From an uncultured Anaeroplasmatales bacterium (lineage in GTDB: Bacteria > Bacillota_I > Bacilli_A > Acholeplasmatales > WRBM01), in assembly GCA_964478425.1 (NCBI GenBank), contig CAYZIB010000002.1, positions 13,200 to 77,199 of the forward strand: 64,000 bases of DNA, in the 5' to 3' direction. Under the pieces are notes generated by a model, which did no database searches, was not told the origin of the DNA, and was given only the letters and a program-made list of their open reading frames with translations. Below, piece by piece: positions 8,381-18,375 of this stretch (position 1 is its first letter; every line of letters starts with the position of its first letter). The position numbers and the translations under genes were made by a program.

Positions 8381-11300
8381 ATGAAAAAACTTACAAAAAT
8401 CAGATTAATAAATTGGCATTATTTTGCAAATGAAACAATTGAAGTACAAAACAATATTTTATTATCTGGTCAAAATGCTTCAGGTAAATCAACAATTCTA
8501 GATGCAATTAGTTATGTTATGACAGCTGGAGATCAAAGCTTCAATATGGCTGCTAATGAAAAAGGGAAAAGAGATTTAAAAGGGTATGTAAAATGTAAAT
8601 TAGGATTAGATGATCGTGAATATCTAAGAATGGGAGATACAACAGGTCATATTGCTCTTGAATTTTTCGATGAACTTAAAAAAGTTTATTTTGTTGTTGG
8701 GGTTGTAATCGATGCTTTTGGTGAAGCAAGACCAAAATCAGTATTTTATTCATTTGATGGAAGAATAGATAATTCTGTATTTATAGATGATGATGGAGTT
8801 GTATATTCAACAATGAATTTTAAAAAAGTTCATAGAGATTATGAAATATATACAACAAATAAAGAAGCTAAATCTCGCTTTAGAACAAGATTTGGTTCAA
8901 TTAATGAAAGATATTTCCAATTAATTCCTAAAGCTTTAGCTTTTAAACCAATTAGTGATGTTAAAGACTTTATTTATCAACACTTATTAGAAGAAAAGAA
9001 AATTGAAGTTGAAAGTATTCAAGAAAGTATTAGATCTTATAAGGAATTAGAAGAAACTTTAAAAGTAATTAAAAAGAAAATTGAAAAACTAGAAGAAATT
9101 CAAAATAAATATGAAGAACTTACAAGTTTTAGTGGTAAAAGCAAATTTTATCAATATGTCATTGAATCAATTAATATTGAAAAAAATAATTTATTAATTC
9201 AAAATAAAAAACGTGATATTGAAAGATTTAAAAATGATGCTGATAAGAAAAATGTTGATTTGATAAATATTGGTAATGAATTAGATAGATTAGATGAAAG
9301 AAGTAAATCATTATATACTCAATTACAATCAAATGAAAATTTTAAAAATTTAGAAGTATATGATAAACAAATCGAATCTATTAAAAAAGAAATGGAAAGT
9401 TTGCTTAATCGTAAAAAATCTTATGAAGAAAGAAAATCAAATTTAACATTAATTGGTAAAGATTTAAAACAAAAAACTAATAATAAAATTTATGAAGAAT
9501 TAGAAAAAATAGATAAATTAGTTATTACAGATGAAAATTTAAATAAAGTTCAAAAACAAGTTTTAGATTTAGACCAAAAATTTAAAGAAATGAATTACAC
9601 TTTATTAAGTGAAAAAGCTAAACTTCAAACTAAAAAAGAAGAAATGGCAAAAGAAATTCAAAGAGTTTCAAATATAATTCGTAAATTAGAAAATCGTAAA
9701 CTAAGTTATTCTGATATGATTTTATATATTCAACAAGAAATAGAAACTCAATTACAAAACAAATATCAGAAAAATATTTCTGTGCATATTTTAGCAGAAT
9801 TATTAGAAATAAGTGATCCAACTTGGCATGATACAATCGAAGATTTTTTAGGTGGACAAAGATTTAACTTAATTGTTGAACCAAGATATTATGATGAAGC
9901 ATTAAGAATATATGATAGTATAAAGAAAAATAGAAGAGTATTTGGTATAGGGTTAGTTAACACTAAAAAGATTACAGAATACAATCAATATCAACCTAAT
10001 TCTTTAGCAAGCATTATAAAAACAGAAAATCAAGATGCAAGACATTATATTAATTATTATTGTGGAAATGTAATAATGTGTGATCATGTTGATGATTTAG
10101 ATAAATATCAAGCATCTATTACAAAAAGTGGAATGCTTTATCGTGGATATATTGTAAGACCTTTAAATGATCAAACAGAAAAACCATTTATTGGTAAGAA
10201 TGCTGTCGATAATCAAAGAAAAAAATATACACAAGTGGGTCTTGAATTAAGAGAAAAATACTTACTTGCAGAAAAACAAATTGATGATATTACAGCTCAA
10301 TTAAATGATATATCAACTATTAATTTAAGAGATTTTGCTCAATTTTTAGATATTGATTTGATTATTAGTCATAAAAATGATGATTTAAAAAATTTAATCA
10401 TTAAAAAACAAGAATTAGCTAAAAAAGGTGTAAGTGCTCTTGAAAGTGAATATGAACAAGTTAATAATTTGATAAAAACTAAAAATGAAGATAAAAATAG
10501 ATTATATATGGAAATAGGGCATATTAAATCTGAAGTTTCAAATTTAGAAAATCAAATAACTGAATTAACTGATCAAGGAGTAAATACTGTTTTAGTATTA
10601 GAAGAATTACTAAAAGAAGATATTACGTTTAAAGATGAAACAAATAACATCTTAAAATTTGCATTAAATAATATGCAAGAATTAAATAGAATTCAAAAAC
10701 AATATATAACTGATCTTGATATTGAACAAAAAAATTTATTAAATATTGAAGATTCTTTAAAAACATTACAATATCGTTATGATATTGAATTTAATAGCGG
10801 TTACGGAACAGGTGTTAATAATATGCCTAGTTTCACTGATGAATTAAATAAGTTAGTTAAATCAGAATTGATTCAATATGAAGCAAAAGTTAGACAAGCA
10901 AGAGAAAAAGCAGAATTAGTATTTAAAGAAGATTTCTTGTCTAAATTAAGAGATTATATTATAACTGCTCAACAAGAAATAAAAGATGTTAATGACGCTT
11001 TAAAATCAGTTAAATTTGGTTCTGACTCATATCAATTTATTTTCCCTAAATCAGGAGAATATGGTGGAATATATGAAATGGTAGTACAAGATGAAAATTT
11101 TGAACCAGGATCAACTATATTTACTGCAGATTTTGAAATGAAGTACCAAAATGAACTTGAAAGATTGTTTGATGAATTAAGTCAAGATGAACTTAATAGT
11201 AAAGGCGCTTTAAATAAATTTATGGATTATAGAACATACATGGATTATGATATTGAAATAACAAATAGTGCAGGTCATGTTTTAAAATATTCAAAAATAT

Positions 11301-11623
11301 TTAAAGAAAAATCCGGAGGGGAAACACAAGTTCCATTTTATGTTGCTGTTATTGCATCATTTGTTCAAATATATCAAACTGCAACTAAAAATCCGAATAA
11401 TGATGCTGTATGTTTAGTATTATTTGATGAGGTATTTGATAAAATGGATAGTACAAGAATTAAAGCGATGATGAGTTTTATTCGTGAATTACCTATTCAA
11501 ATTATTTTAGCTACACCTCCTCAAAGAATTGAAATTATATCTAAATATATTGATACAACAGTAATTGTTTATCGTGATCAACATCGCGTAAAAACAGAAC
11601 AAACAATTAAACTTTTACCATAA
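8381..11623 (+). CDS. SMC-like ABC ATPase (JetC/MksB-like)
   Basis: The likely start is ATG 8381 (GGAGG 8 nt upstream), not the track start at 8366. Walker A is GQNASGKST (8468-8494). About 900 aa of heptad-rich coiled coil follow, with a central globular hinge-like segment (about aa 478-610). The signature is SGGE (11312-11323) and Walker B is LVLFDEVF (11414-11437). Confidence 0.8.
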   Translation: MKKLTKIRLINWHYFANETIEVQNNILLSGQNASGKSTILDAISYVMTAGDQSFNMAANEKGKRDLKGYVKCKLGLDDREYLRMGDTTGHIALEFFDELKKVYFVVGVVIDAFGEARPKSVFYSFDGRIDNSVFIDDDGVVYSTMNFKKVHRDYEIYTTNKEAKSRFRTRFGSINERYFQLIPKALAFKPISDVKDFIYQHLLEEKKIEVESIQESIRSYKELEETLKVIKKKIEKLEEIQNKYEELTSFSGKSKFYQYVIESINIEKNNLLIQNKKRDIERFKNDADKKNVDLINIGNELDRLDERSKSLYTQLQSNENFKNLEVYDKQIESIKKEMESLLNRKKSYEERKSNLTLIGKDLKQKTNNKIYEELEKIDKLVITDENLNKVQKQVLDLDQKFKEMNYTLLSEKAKLQTKKEEMAKEIQRVSNIIRKLENRKLSYSDMILYIQQEIETQLQNKYQKNISVHILAELLEISDPTWHDTIEDFLGGQRFNLIVEPRYYDEALRIYDSIKKNRRVFGIGLVNTKKITEYNQYQPNSLASIIKTENQDARHYINYYCGNVIMCDHVDDLDKYQASITKSGMLYRGYIVRPLNDQTEKPFIGKNAVDNQRKKYTQVGLELREKYLLAEKQIDDITAQLNDISTINLRDFAQFLDIDLIISHKNDDLKNLIIKKQELAKKGVSALESEYEQVNNLIKTKNEDKNRLYMEIGHIKSEVSNLENQITELTDQGVNTVLVLEELLKEDITFKDETNNILKFALNNMQELNRIQKQYITDLDIEQKNLLNIEDSLKTLQYRYDIEFNSGYGTGVNNMPSFTDELNKLVKSELIQYEAKVRQAREKAELVFKEDFLSKLRDYIITAQQEIKDVNDALKSVKFGSDSYQFIFPKSGEYGGIYEMVVQDENFEPGSTIFTADFEMKYQNELERLFDELSQDELNSKGALNKFMDYRTYMDYDIEITNSAGHVLKYSKIFKEKSGGETQVPFYVAVIASFVQIYQTATKNPNNDAVCLVLFDEVFDKMDSTRIKAMMSFIRELPIQIILATPPQRIEIISKYIDTTVIVYRDQHRVKTEQTIKLLP

Positions 11624-11630
11624 AAAAATA

Positions 11631-11648
11631 ATATCCCGCAAGGGATAT
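11631..11648. terminator. GC-cored hairpin between convergent genes
   Basis: atatccc-gcaa-gggatat lies directly after the SMC-like gene stop and abuts the cvpA-like stop. Confidence 0.6.
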
Positions 11649-12367
11649 TATAATTTTGTTTTAATTAAGGAAATAATTAATTGTAACGGATTATTTTCGT
11701 ATAAATATTTAGTAAAAGTCATTTTATCAGTATTTAATTCTAAAGCTTTATTAATAAATTCATGAGTAAAATCAAATAATTCATATTTTAATAATAAAGG
11801 GATAACCAATAAAAGTAATGATATGAATAATATTGTAAATGATAAAGATATTATTCCACCAATTAAACTATCAATTAAATTTATTGGGGTAATACTGATT
11901 ATGGTTTTACATATTTTCTTTATAAATAAGAAAATTATTAAAAATAAAACTAAAAGTAAGAGATAAATTACAATAGATGATATAATATTATTTAATTGTG
12001 GTGCAAGATTATAAGCTATTGATTGATTAGTTTCAATAACAAGGTTCTTAGTAATAAGATCACTTAAAAAACTTGGAATATTTAATTTATTTATTCCTTC
12101 GCTTATTAAAGATTTGTCATTATCAATAATAATTGTGCTATAAAATTCATCTTTTGTAATTAAATAATTTTCGATTTTTATTATATTATTGTCAATAGTG
12201 TTTTTAAAAATTTCTTTTATAGGTGATATTAAAAAAAATGAACCTATAATTACACCAATAAGAACAATTATATTAATTATTCTTTTAAAGAAACCTTTTT
12301 TAAAACCTTTTATAAATGATAATAATAAAATTAAAATAAGTATTATATCAATAATTAATGAAGTCAT
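11648..12367 (-). CDS. cvpA: CvpA family membrane protein
   Basis: 239 aa. The N-terminus IIDIILILILLLSFIKGFKKGFFKR and the 4-TM layout are typical of the colicin V production protein family. Confidence 0.7.
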   Translation of the reverse strand: MTSLIIDIILILILLLSFIKGFKKGFFKRIINIIVLIGVIIGSFFLISPIKEIFKNTIDNNIIKIENYLITKDEFYSTIIIDNDKSLISEGINKLNIPSFLSDLITKNLVIETNQSIAYNLAPQLNNIISSIVIYLLLLVLFLIIFLFIKKICKTIISITPINLIDSLIGGIISLSFTILFISLLLLVIPLLLKYELFDFTHEFINKALELNTDKMTFTKYLYENNPLQLIISLIKTKL

Positions 12368-12442
12368 ATTATTGCCTCCTTAATTATATTATATACTTTA
12401 ATGTCGAAAAAACAAACAATTTAAAAAAAAGGGTGATAATTT

Positions 12443-13330
12443 TTGAAAGCAGTATTTATGTATAACAAACATAGTGGAACAATAAATATTAAGAAAAAAA
12501 TACCTTATATAAAAAAAAGATTAGAAGAAAGATTTGATGTTTGTGATATTTATGAACCATTAAGTGTTGATGATTTTACGGAAAGTATTATAAAATTTTC
12601 AAATATTTATGATTCTATAATTGTAAGTGGTGGAGATGGTACATTTAATTTATTAGTTAATGCATTAAAAAATTGCAATAATAAACCATATATTGGATAC
12701 TTGCCAACAGGAACAGCTTGTGATGATGCAAGAAAATTTGGTATTAGTAAAAACTTAAAAAAAGCATTAGATATAATTGTTAAAGGAAAAACAAAATATA
12801 TAGATGTTATGGAAGTTAATGATACATTTTCTACATATGTTATAGCTAAAGGTAAATTTGTAAATGCAAGTTATGCTACAGATAGATTCTTAAAAAAAAC
12901 TTTTGGAAAGTTAGGTTATGTTTTTTGGGCAATTAAAGAAGTTTTTATTCCACATAAAAAAATGGTTATTTCAGTTGAGGCTAATAATAAAATTATTACA
13001 AAAAAGTGTAAAATGATATTTATTAGTAATTCTAATAGTATTGCAGGAAAAAAGATTAAAGATTTACCAGATAAAAATAAATTTAGTATTTATTTTTTTG
13101 AAAGAAATATTTTTAGAGTTTTATTATTTTTTGTTTTTGGTTCAAAAAATACAGAAGATTTAAAAAAAGTCTTAAAAATTGAAGCCACAGAAGCAAAAAT
13201 TAATTTAATAGAAAGTAAAAATATTGAATGGAGTAATGATGGGGAAGAGTATCAAGCAAGAACATTAAATATAAAAAATATAAGTGATTTTATAAAAATA
13301 TATGCACCATATGGAGATGATTTAAAATGA
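12443..13330 (+). CDS. Diacylglycerol/lipid kinase family protein (YegS/BmrU-like)
   Basis: 295 aa with a TTG start. The SGGDGTFN catalytic-domain motif is present. Its stop overlaps the typA start. Confidence 0.75.
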   Translation: MKAVFMYNKHSGTINIKKKIPYIKKRLEERFDVCDIYEPLSVDDFTESIIKFSNIYDSIIVSGGDGTFNLLVNALKNCNNKPYIGYLPTGTACDDARKFGISKNLKKALDIIVKGKTKYIDVMEVNDTFSTYVIAKGKFVNASYATDRFLKKTFGKLGYVFWAIKEVFIPHKKMVISVEANNKIITKKCKMIFISNSNSIAGKKIKDLPDKNKFSIYFFERNIFRVLLFFVFGSKNTEDLKKVLKIEATEAKINLIESKNIEWSNDGEEYQARTLNIKNISDFIKIYAPYGDDLK

Positions 13331-15144
13331 AAATAAAAAATGTTGCAATTATTGCCCATGTTGATCATGGAAAAACTACATTAGTAGATCAACTACTTAA
13401 AAAATCAGGAAGTTTTAAAGAACATGAAGAAGTTAAAGATAGAGTTATGGATTCTAATGATATAGAACGAGAAAGAGGAATTACAATTTTATCAAAAACA
13501 ACTTCAATAATTTATAAAGATTATAAAATTAATATTATGGATACACCAGGTCATGCTGATTTTGGTGGAGAAGTTGAAAGAATTATGGGAATGGTCGATG
13601 GAGTTTTACTTGTTGTTGATGCGTTTGAAGGAACAATGCCTCAAACAAGATTTGTTTTAAAAAAAGCATTTGAAGCCAATAAAACACCTATCGTAGTTAT
13701 TAATAAAGTAGATAGACCAGGAGCAAACATAAAAAAAACAATTGATGAAGTTTATGATTTATTTATTGAACTTGGTGCAAGTTTAGAACAATTAGATTTC
13801 CCAATTGTTTATGCTTCTGCGTTAAAAGGAACATCAAGTTATTCAGATGATTTATCTACTCAAGTTCCTAATATGGATGCTATATTCGAAACAATAATAA
13901 AAAATGTTAAAGATCCAGATATAGATCTTTCTGATTCATTTCAAATGCAAATAAATCTTTTAGATTATAGTGATTATATGGGAAGAATTGGAATTGGTTT
14001 AATAAGAAAAGGAACTGTATCTGAAAATGAAGTTATTAGTTGTGCAAGATTAGATGGAACTATAAAAAACTTTAGAATATTAAAATTATTTGGATATAAA
14101 GGAATTAAAAGAGTTGAAGTAAAAGAAGCAAGTGCAGGTGATATAGTTGCAATTGCAGGTCTTGATGATATATCTGTAGGTGAAACATTAGGTAAGGTAA
14201 ATAAAGTTATACCATTACCAAAATTACATATTGATGAACCAACATTAAAAATGACTTTTATGCCAAATGATTCTCCTTTTTCTGGTAGAGATGGTAATTT
14301 ATTAACTGGAAGAAAAATAGAAGAAAGATTATATAAAGAAATGGAAAAAGATGTTTCATTAAAAGTGGAACATGGTGAAAAAAAAGATTCATGGGTTGTA
14401 TGTGGTAGAGGAGAGTTACATTTATCTATTTTAATTGAAAATATGAGACGTGAAGGTTTTGAATTACAAGTATCTAAACCAGAAGTAATTTTAAAAGAAA
14501 TTGATGGCGTAATAATGGAACCATATGAAGAACTAGTGTTAGATTTAAATCAAGATTATATTGGTTCAGTAATTGAAGCATTAGGTAAAAGAGGCGCAGA
14601 ACTTGTAAGTATGAATCATTATGAAAATCAAAGCAGAATTGAAATATTAATTCCATCAAGAGGTTTAATTGGTTTTGCGATGCAATATATGACTTTAACT
14701 AAAGGTTATGGAATAATGAACCATACATTTAAAGAATATCGTAAATTAGAAAAAAATAATGTAGGTGAAAGAATTAATGGTGTTTTAGTTGCTAATGAAT
14801 CAGGTCAAGCAACTGCATATAGTATTGGTAATTTAGAAGATAGAGGAATAATGTTTATTCATCCACAAGATGATATTTATGAAGGAATGATTGTTGGTGA
14901 AAACAATAAAACAAATGATTTAGCTGTAAATGTTGTTAAAGCTAAACAAATGACTAATATGAGAAGTGCATCAAAAGATAATACAGTGGTTTTAAAAAGA
15001 CCAAAAGAAATGAATCTTGAAGCATCATTAGATTATATTAATCAAGATGAATTAGTTGAAATAACACCACATCATATTAGAATGCGTAAGAAAATATTAG
15101 ATACAGTTTTAAGAAAAAAATTTGATAGTCATAAAAATGATTAA
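13327..15144 (+). CDS. typA: Translational GTPase TypA/BipA
   Basis: 605 aa with [21 protein letters not shown] and NKVD G-motifs and a BipA-type C-terminus. Confidence 0.93.
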   Translation: MKIKNVAIIAHVDHGKTTLVDQLLKKSGSFKEHEEVKDRVMDSNDIERERGITILSKTTSIIYKDYKINIMDTPGHADFGGEVERIMGMVDGVLLVVDAFEGTMPQTRFVLKKAFEANKTPIVVINKVDRPGANIKKTIDEVYDLFIELGASLEQLDFPIVYASALKGTSSYSDDLSTQVPNMDAIFETIIKNVKDPDIDLSDSFQMQINLLDYSDYMGRIGIGLIRKGTVSENEVISCARLDGTIKNFRILKLFGYKGIKRVEVKEASAGDIVAIAGLDDISVGETLGKVNKVIPLPKLHIDEPTLKMTFMPNDSPFSGRDGNLLTGRKIEERLYKEMEKDVSLKVEHGEKKDSWVVCGRGELHLSILIENMRREGFELQVSKPEVILKEIDGVIMEPYEELVLDLNQDYIGSVIEALGKRGAELVSMNHYENQSRIEILIPSRGLIGFAMQYMTLTKGYGIMNHTFKEYRKLEKNNVGERINGVLVANESGQATAYSIGNLEDRGIMFIHPQDDIYEGMIVGENNKTNDLAVNVVKAKQMTNMRSASKDNTVVLKRPKEMNLEASLDYINQDELVEITPHHIRMRKKILDTVLRKKFDSHKND

Positions 15145-15155
15145 GAGGTGATTTA

Positions 15156-16820
15156 ATGTTTAAAACTGATTTGGAAATTGCTCAAGAATGTAAAATGAAA
15201 AATATTACTGAAATTGGTAAAATAATTGATTTATCAATAGATGATTTAGAATTATATGGAAAATATAAAGCTAAAATAAGTGATGATGTAAGGAAAAGGG
15301 TTTCTAATAATCAAGATGGAAGTTTAATTTTAGTAACAGCTATTACTCCTACAAAAGCTGGAGAAGGAAAATCAACTGTTACAATAGGACTTGGAGAAGC
15401 ATTAAATAAATTAAATAAAAAATGTATTGTAACTTTAAGAGAACCTAGTTTAGGTCCAACTTTAGGCTTAAAAGGTGGAGCTGCAGGTGGAGGATATGCA
15501 CAAGTAGTTCCTATGGAAGATTTAAATTTACATTTTACTGGTGATATACATGCTATAACTGCAGCTAATAATATTATTAGTGCTGCACTTGATAATCATA
15601 TAAAACAAGGTAATAAACTAAATATTGATTTAAATAATATCTTATGGAGAAGATGTCTTGATTTAAATGATAGAGCATTAAGAACTATTAAAATTGGTAT
15701 GGGTGGAAATATCAATGGTAAAGAGAGAATTGATCATTTTGATATTACAGTAGCAAGTGAAATTATGGCCATTTTATGTCTTTCAAACGATCTAGACGAT
15801 TTAAAAGAAAGATGTAAAAGAATTGTTATTGGATATGATATTTATGGAAAAATTATCTATTTAGATGATTTAAAGTGTGCAGGTACTGTAGCTGTTTTAT
15901 TAAAAGATGCAATAAAACCTAATTTAATTCAAACAGTAGAAAATACACCTGCTATAGTTCACGGGGGACCATTTGCTAATATTGCACATGGTTGTAACTC
16001 TGTAATTGCTACTAAACTTGCGTTAAAACTTGCTCCTTATGTTGTAACAGAAGCTGGATTTGGAGCAGATTTAGGAGCTGAAAAATTTTTAAATATTAAA
16101 TGTAGAAATAATAATATAAGTCCTTCTTGTGTTTGTATTGTTGCAACTATTCGTGCATTAAAAATGCATGGTGGAGTAAATGAAAATGATTTAAAAATTA
16201 AAAATATTGAAGCTTTGAAATTAGGATATCAAAATTTAGTTAAACACATTTTAAACATAAAAGGATTTAATTTACCATATGTAGTTGCAATTAATAAATT
16301 TAATACAGATACAGAAGATGAAATTAATACATTAAAACAATTATTAGATAATGATAATCATCCATATGCTTTATGTGATGTACATGCAAGTGGTGGAGAT
16401 GGAGGAATTTTATTAGCTAATAAAGTATTAGAAAATATTAAAAAAATAAAAATTAATTATACATATGATTTAAATGATTCTATTGAAACTAAAGTTTTAA
16501 AAATTGCAACTAAAATATATGGGGCAAATAATGTAAATTTTAGTGATGAAGCAATAAAGAAAATAGAAGAATATAACAAAAATGGATGGGATAAATTACC
16601 TATTTGTATGGCTAAAACTCAATATTCTTTTTCAGATAATCCTAAATTACTTGGATGGCCTAAAGATTTTACATTAAATGTTAAAGATTTTAAAATTTCT
16701 TTAGGAGCAGGGTTTATTGTTTGTTTTTTAGGTGATATTATGACAATGCCAGGATTACCTAAAGAACCTGCTTTAAATAATATAGATATAATTGATGGAA
16801 AAATAGTGGGATTATTTTAA
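15156..16820 (+). CDS. fhs: Formate--tetrahydrofolate ligase
   Basis: 554 aa with the [17 protein letters not shown]-loop and conserved FTHFS blocks throughout. Confidence 0.93.
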   Translation: MFKTDLEIAQECKMKNITEIGKIIDLSIDDLELYGKYKAKISDDVRKRVSNNQDGSLILVTAITPTKAGEGKSTVTIGLGEALNKLNKKCIVTLREPSLGPTLGLKGGAAGGGYAQVVPMEDLNLHFTGDIHAITAANNIISAALDNHIKQGNKLNIDLNNILWRRCLDLNDRALRTIKIGMGGNINGKERIDHFDITVASEIMAILCLSNDLDDLKERCKRIVIGYDIYGKIIYLDDLKCAGTVAVLLKDAIKPNLIQTVENTPAIVHGGPFANIAHGCNSVIATKLALKLAPYVVTEAGFGADLGAEKFLNIKCRNNNISPSCVCIVATIRALKMHGGVNENDLKIKNIEALKLGYQNLVKHILNIKGFNLPYVVAINKFNTDTEDEINTLKQLLDNDNHPYALCDVHASGGDGGILLANKVLENIKKIKINYTYDLNDSIETKVLKIATKIYGANNVNFSDEAIKKIEEYNKNGWDKLPICMAKTQYSFSDNPKLLGWPKDFTLNVKDFKISLGAGFIVCFLGDIMTMPGLPKEPALNNIDIIDGKIVGLF

Positions 16821-17293
16821 TGAATTTTATTTTAATTTTGATAATATGTATAGTTTTATTGTTTATAATATTTAAAATAGTTGGTATTTATAATAAAAAG
16901 AAAGCATATAAATTAATATATCAATATTTGAATAATAAATATAAAAATGTTTTATTAGGGAATAAAATATATGATTATTATATAGAAGATATTGATTCAT
17001 GTATAAAAGTATTATTTTTAAATGAAAATGATGAATTAGTAATAAATAGTAAATATATTTGGCAAATAAATCATGATATGAAAATAGGTAATACGCCATC
17101 TAGTTCACAAAATGTATTAGGAATAAAAAATTTTATGAATATAAATAAAAATAAAATTGTTATTATTTATTCTACATGCTATAGCATAAAAAAATATATT
17201 AATGAGTGTGAAATGATTTTTGTTAATGAAAATACTGATTGTTATGGAGTAAAATTTTTAAAATTTAAAGATTTAAATCAAAAAGAGGGATAA
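16820..17293 (+). CDS. Hypothetical membrane-anchored protein
   Basis: 157 aa with one N-terminal TM helix. The start overlaps the fhs stop (TAATG). No recognisable motif. Confidence 0.4.
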   Translation: MNFILILIICIVLLFIIFKIVGIYNKKKAYKLIYQYLNNKYKNVLLGNKIYDYYIEDIDSCIKVLFLNENDELVINSKYIWQINHDMKIGNTPSSSQNVLGIKNFMNINKNKIVIIYSTCYSIKKYINECEMIFVNENTDCYGVKFLKFKDLNQKEG

Positions 17294-17294
17294 A

Positions 17295-17549
17295 TTGCAA
17301 ATAGAAATATTTTATAGGGATAATTGTAAAAGATCAATTGAATGTTTTAAATTATTAGATGAATTATTAAAAAATGATAAATATAAAAATATCCAAATAA
17401 AAAAAATAAATGAAGTAGATAACATAAAATATGCTAAAAACTTCAATTATTTTTTTATACCGGCAATTTTTTTAAATGGTAAAAAATATCACGAAGGAGC
17501 AATAGGCTATTACACCTTAAAAAGTATTTTAGATGAAGCAATAAAATAA
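17295..17549 (+). CDS. Small thioredoxin-fold (glutaredoxin-like) protein, monothiol CxxS-type
   Basis: 84 aa with a TTG start. The beta-strand then NCKRS site at the position of CxxC, and an IPAIF cis-Pro-like loop, resemble small glutaredoxin-like proteins. Confidence 0.45.
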   Translation: MQIEIFYRDNCKRSIECFKLLDELLKNDKYKNIQIKKINEVDNIKYAKNFNYFFIPAIFLNGKKYHEGAIGYYTLKSILDEAIK

Positions 17550-17575
17550 AATTTTAAAAAAATTTATTAAAAGCG

Positions 17576-17604
17576 TTTACATTTTGTTTTATATGTGTTA
17601 GAAT
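17576..17604 (+). promoter_or_regulatory. Sigma-70-type promoter with extended -10 for the fic/EF-G-like operon
   Basis: TTTACA-N17-TAGAAT, preceded by TGT (TGn extended -10). It lies ~30 nt upstream of the fic RBS. Confidence 0.55.
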
Positions 17605-17633
17605 ATGAATAAATTAAAAGTGAGGTGGTTTTA

Positions 17634-18365
17634 ATGGCTTTAGATAGAGCTAAATTAAACTTTGTTTTAGGAAACATCTCTGCATTGCCAGTAGATGTTA
17701 AAAAAGAATTAGAAAAGGATTTTCAAGTAAGACATTTATTGTTTTCAACAACAATCGAAAATAAGGTATCATTGTCCTTAGATGAAGCACGAGCATTTTT
17801 AGAAAATGGTGAAGAATGTTTAAATATGTTAAATGAAGAAACAAAAAAACATTTTATAAACCAAAAAAATGCCTATGATTTTATGCTTGCTAGGGTTAAA
17901 GATGATACTTTTTTTAATGACGAATTAATAAAACGCTTTCATGAAATTATAATGGATGGAGAATATGGAGCTGGTGAGTTTAGAACAGTAAATATTAGTG
18001 TTAATGGATCAATGTATGTTCCACCAAGACATGAAAAGATTAATCAAAAAATGGAAAAAATGTTTACAGAAATGGAATTAAAAACTGATTTAATTGAAAA
18101 AGTAGCGTTTGCTCATGCCTATTTAGATAAAATACATCCATTCTTAGACGGAAATGGAAGATGTTCAAGATTAGTATTAAATTATTTATTACTTAAAAAT
18201 AATTTGTTACCAATAACATTTGATTTAGAATATAAAACTGAATATTTTAAAGCATTAGAAAAATTTAAAGTTGAAAAAGATTTAAATCCACTTGTTGAAC
18301 TAATTCAAACATTAGAAAATATTGAATTAGAAAAATATGAAAAAGAAATAAGAAAGTATATGTGA
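17634..18365 (+). CDS. fic: Fic family protein (class II, with an N-terminal inhibitory helix)
   Basis: The canonical HPFLDGNGRCSR motif is at 18135-18170, and the inhibitory motif STTIEN ([ST]xxxE[GN]) at 17745-17762. The likely start is ATG 17634 behind GAGGTGG; the track start at 17625 is a GTG. Confidence 0.85.
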   Translation: MALDRAKLNFVLGNISALPVDVKKELEKDFQVRHLLFSTTIENKVSLSLDEARAFLENGEECLNMLNEETKKHFINQKNAYDFMLARVKDDTFFNDELIKRFHEIIMDGEYGAGEFRTVNISVNGSMYVPPRHEKINQKMEKMFTEMELKTDLIEKVAFAHAYLDKIHPFLDGNGRCSRLVLNYLLLKNNLLPITFDLEYKTEYFKALEKFKVEKDLNPLVELIQTLENIELEKYEKEIRKYM

Positions 18366-18375
18366 GGAGATAAAT

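Noticed and set aside
16820-17293. Calling the 157-aa membrane-anchored protein a NERD/PD-(D/E)xK nuclease.
   Set aside because: There is only a vague resemblance (EDID .. DELVINSK), with no clean D..(D/E)xK triad. This is not supportable from the sequence alone.
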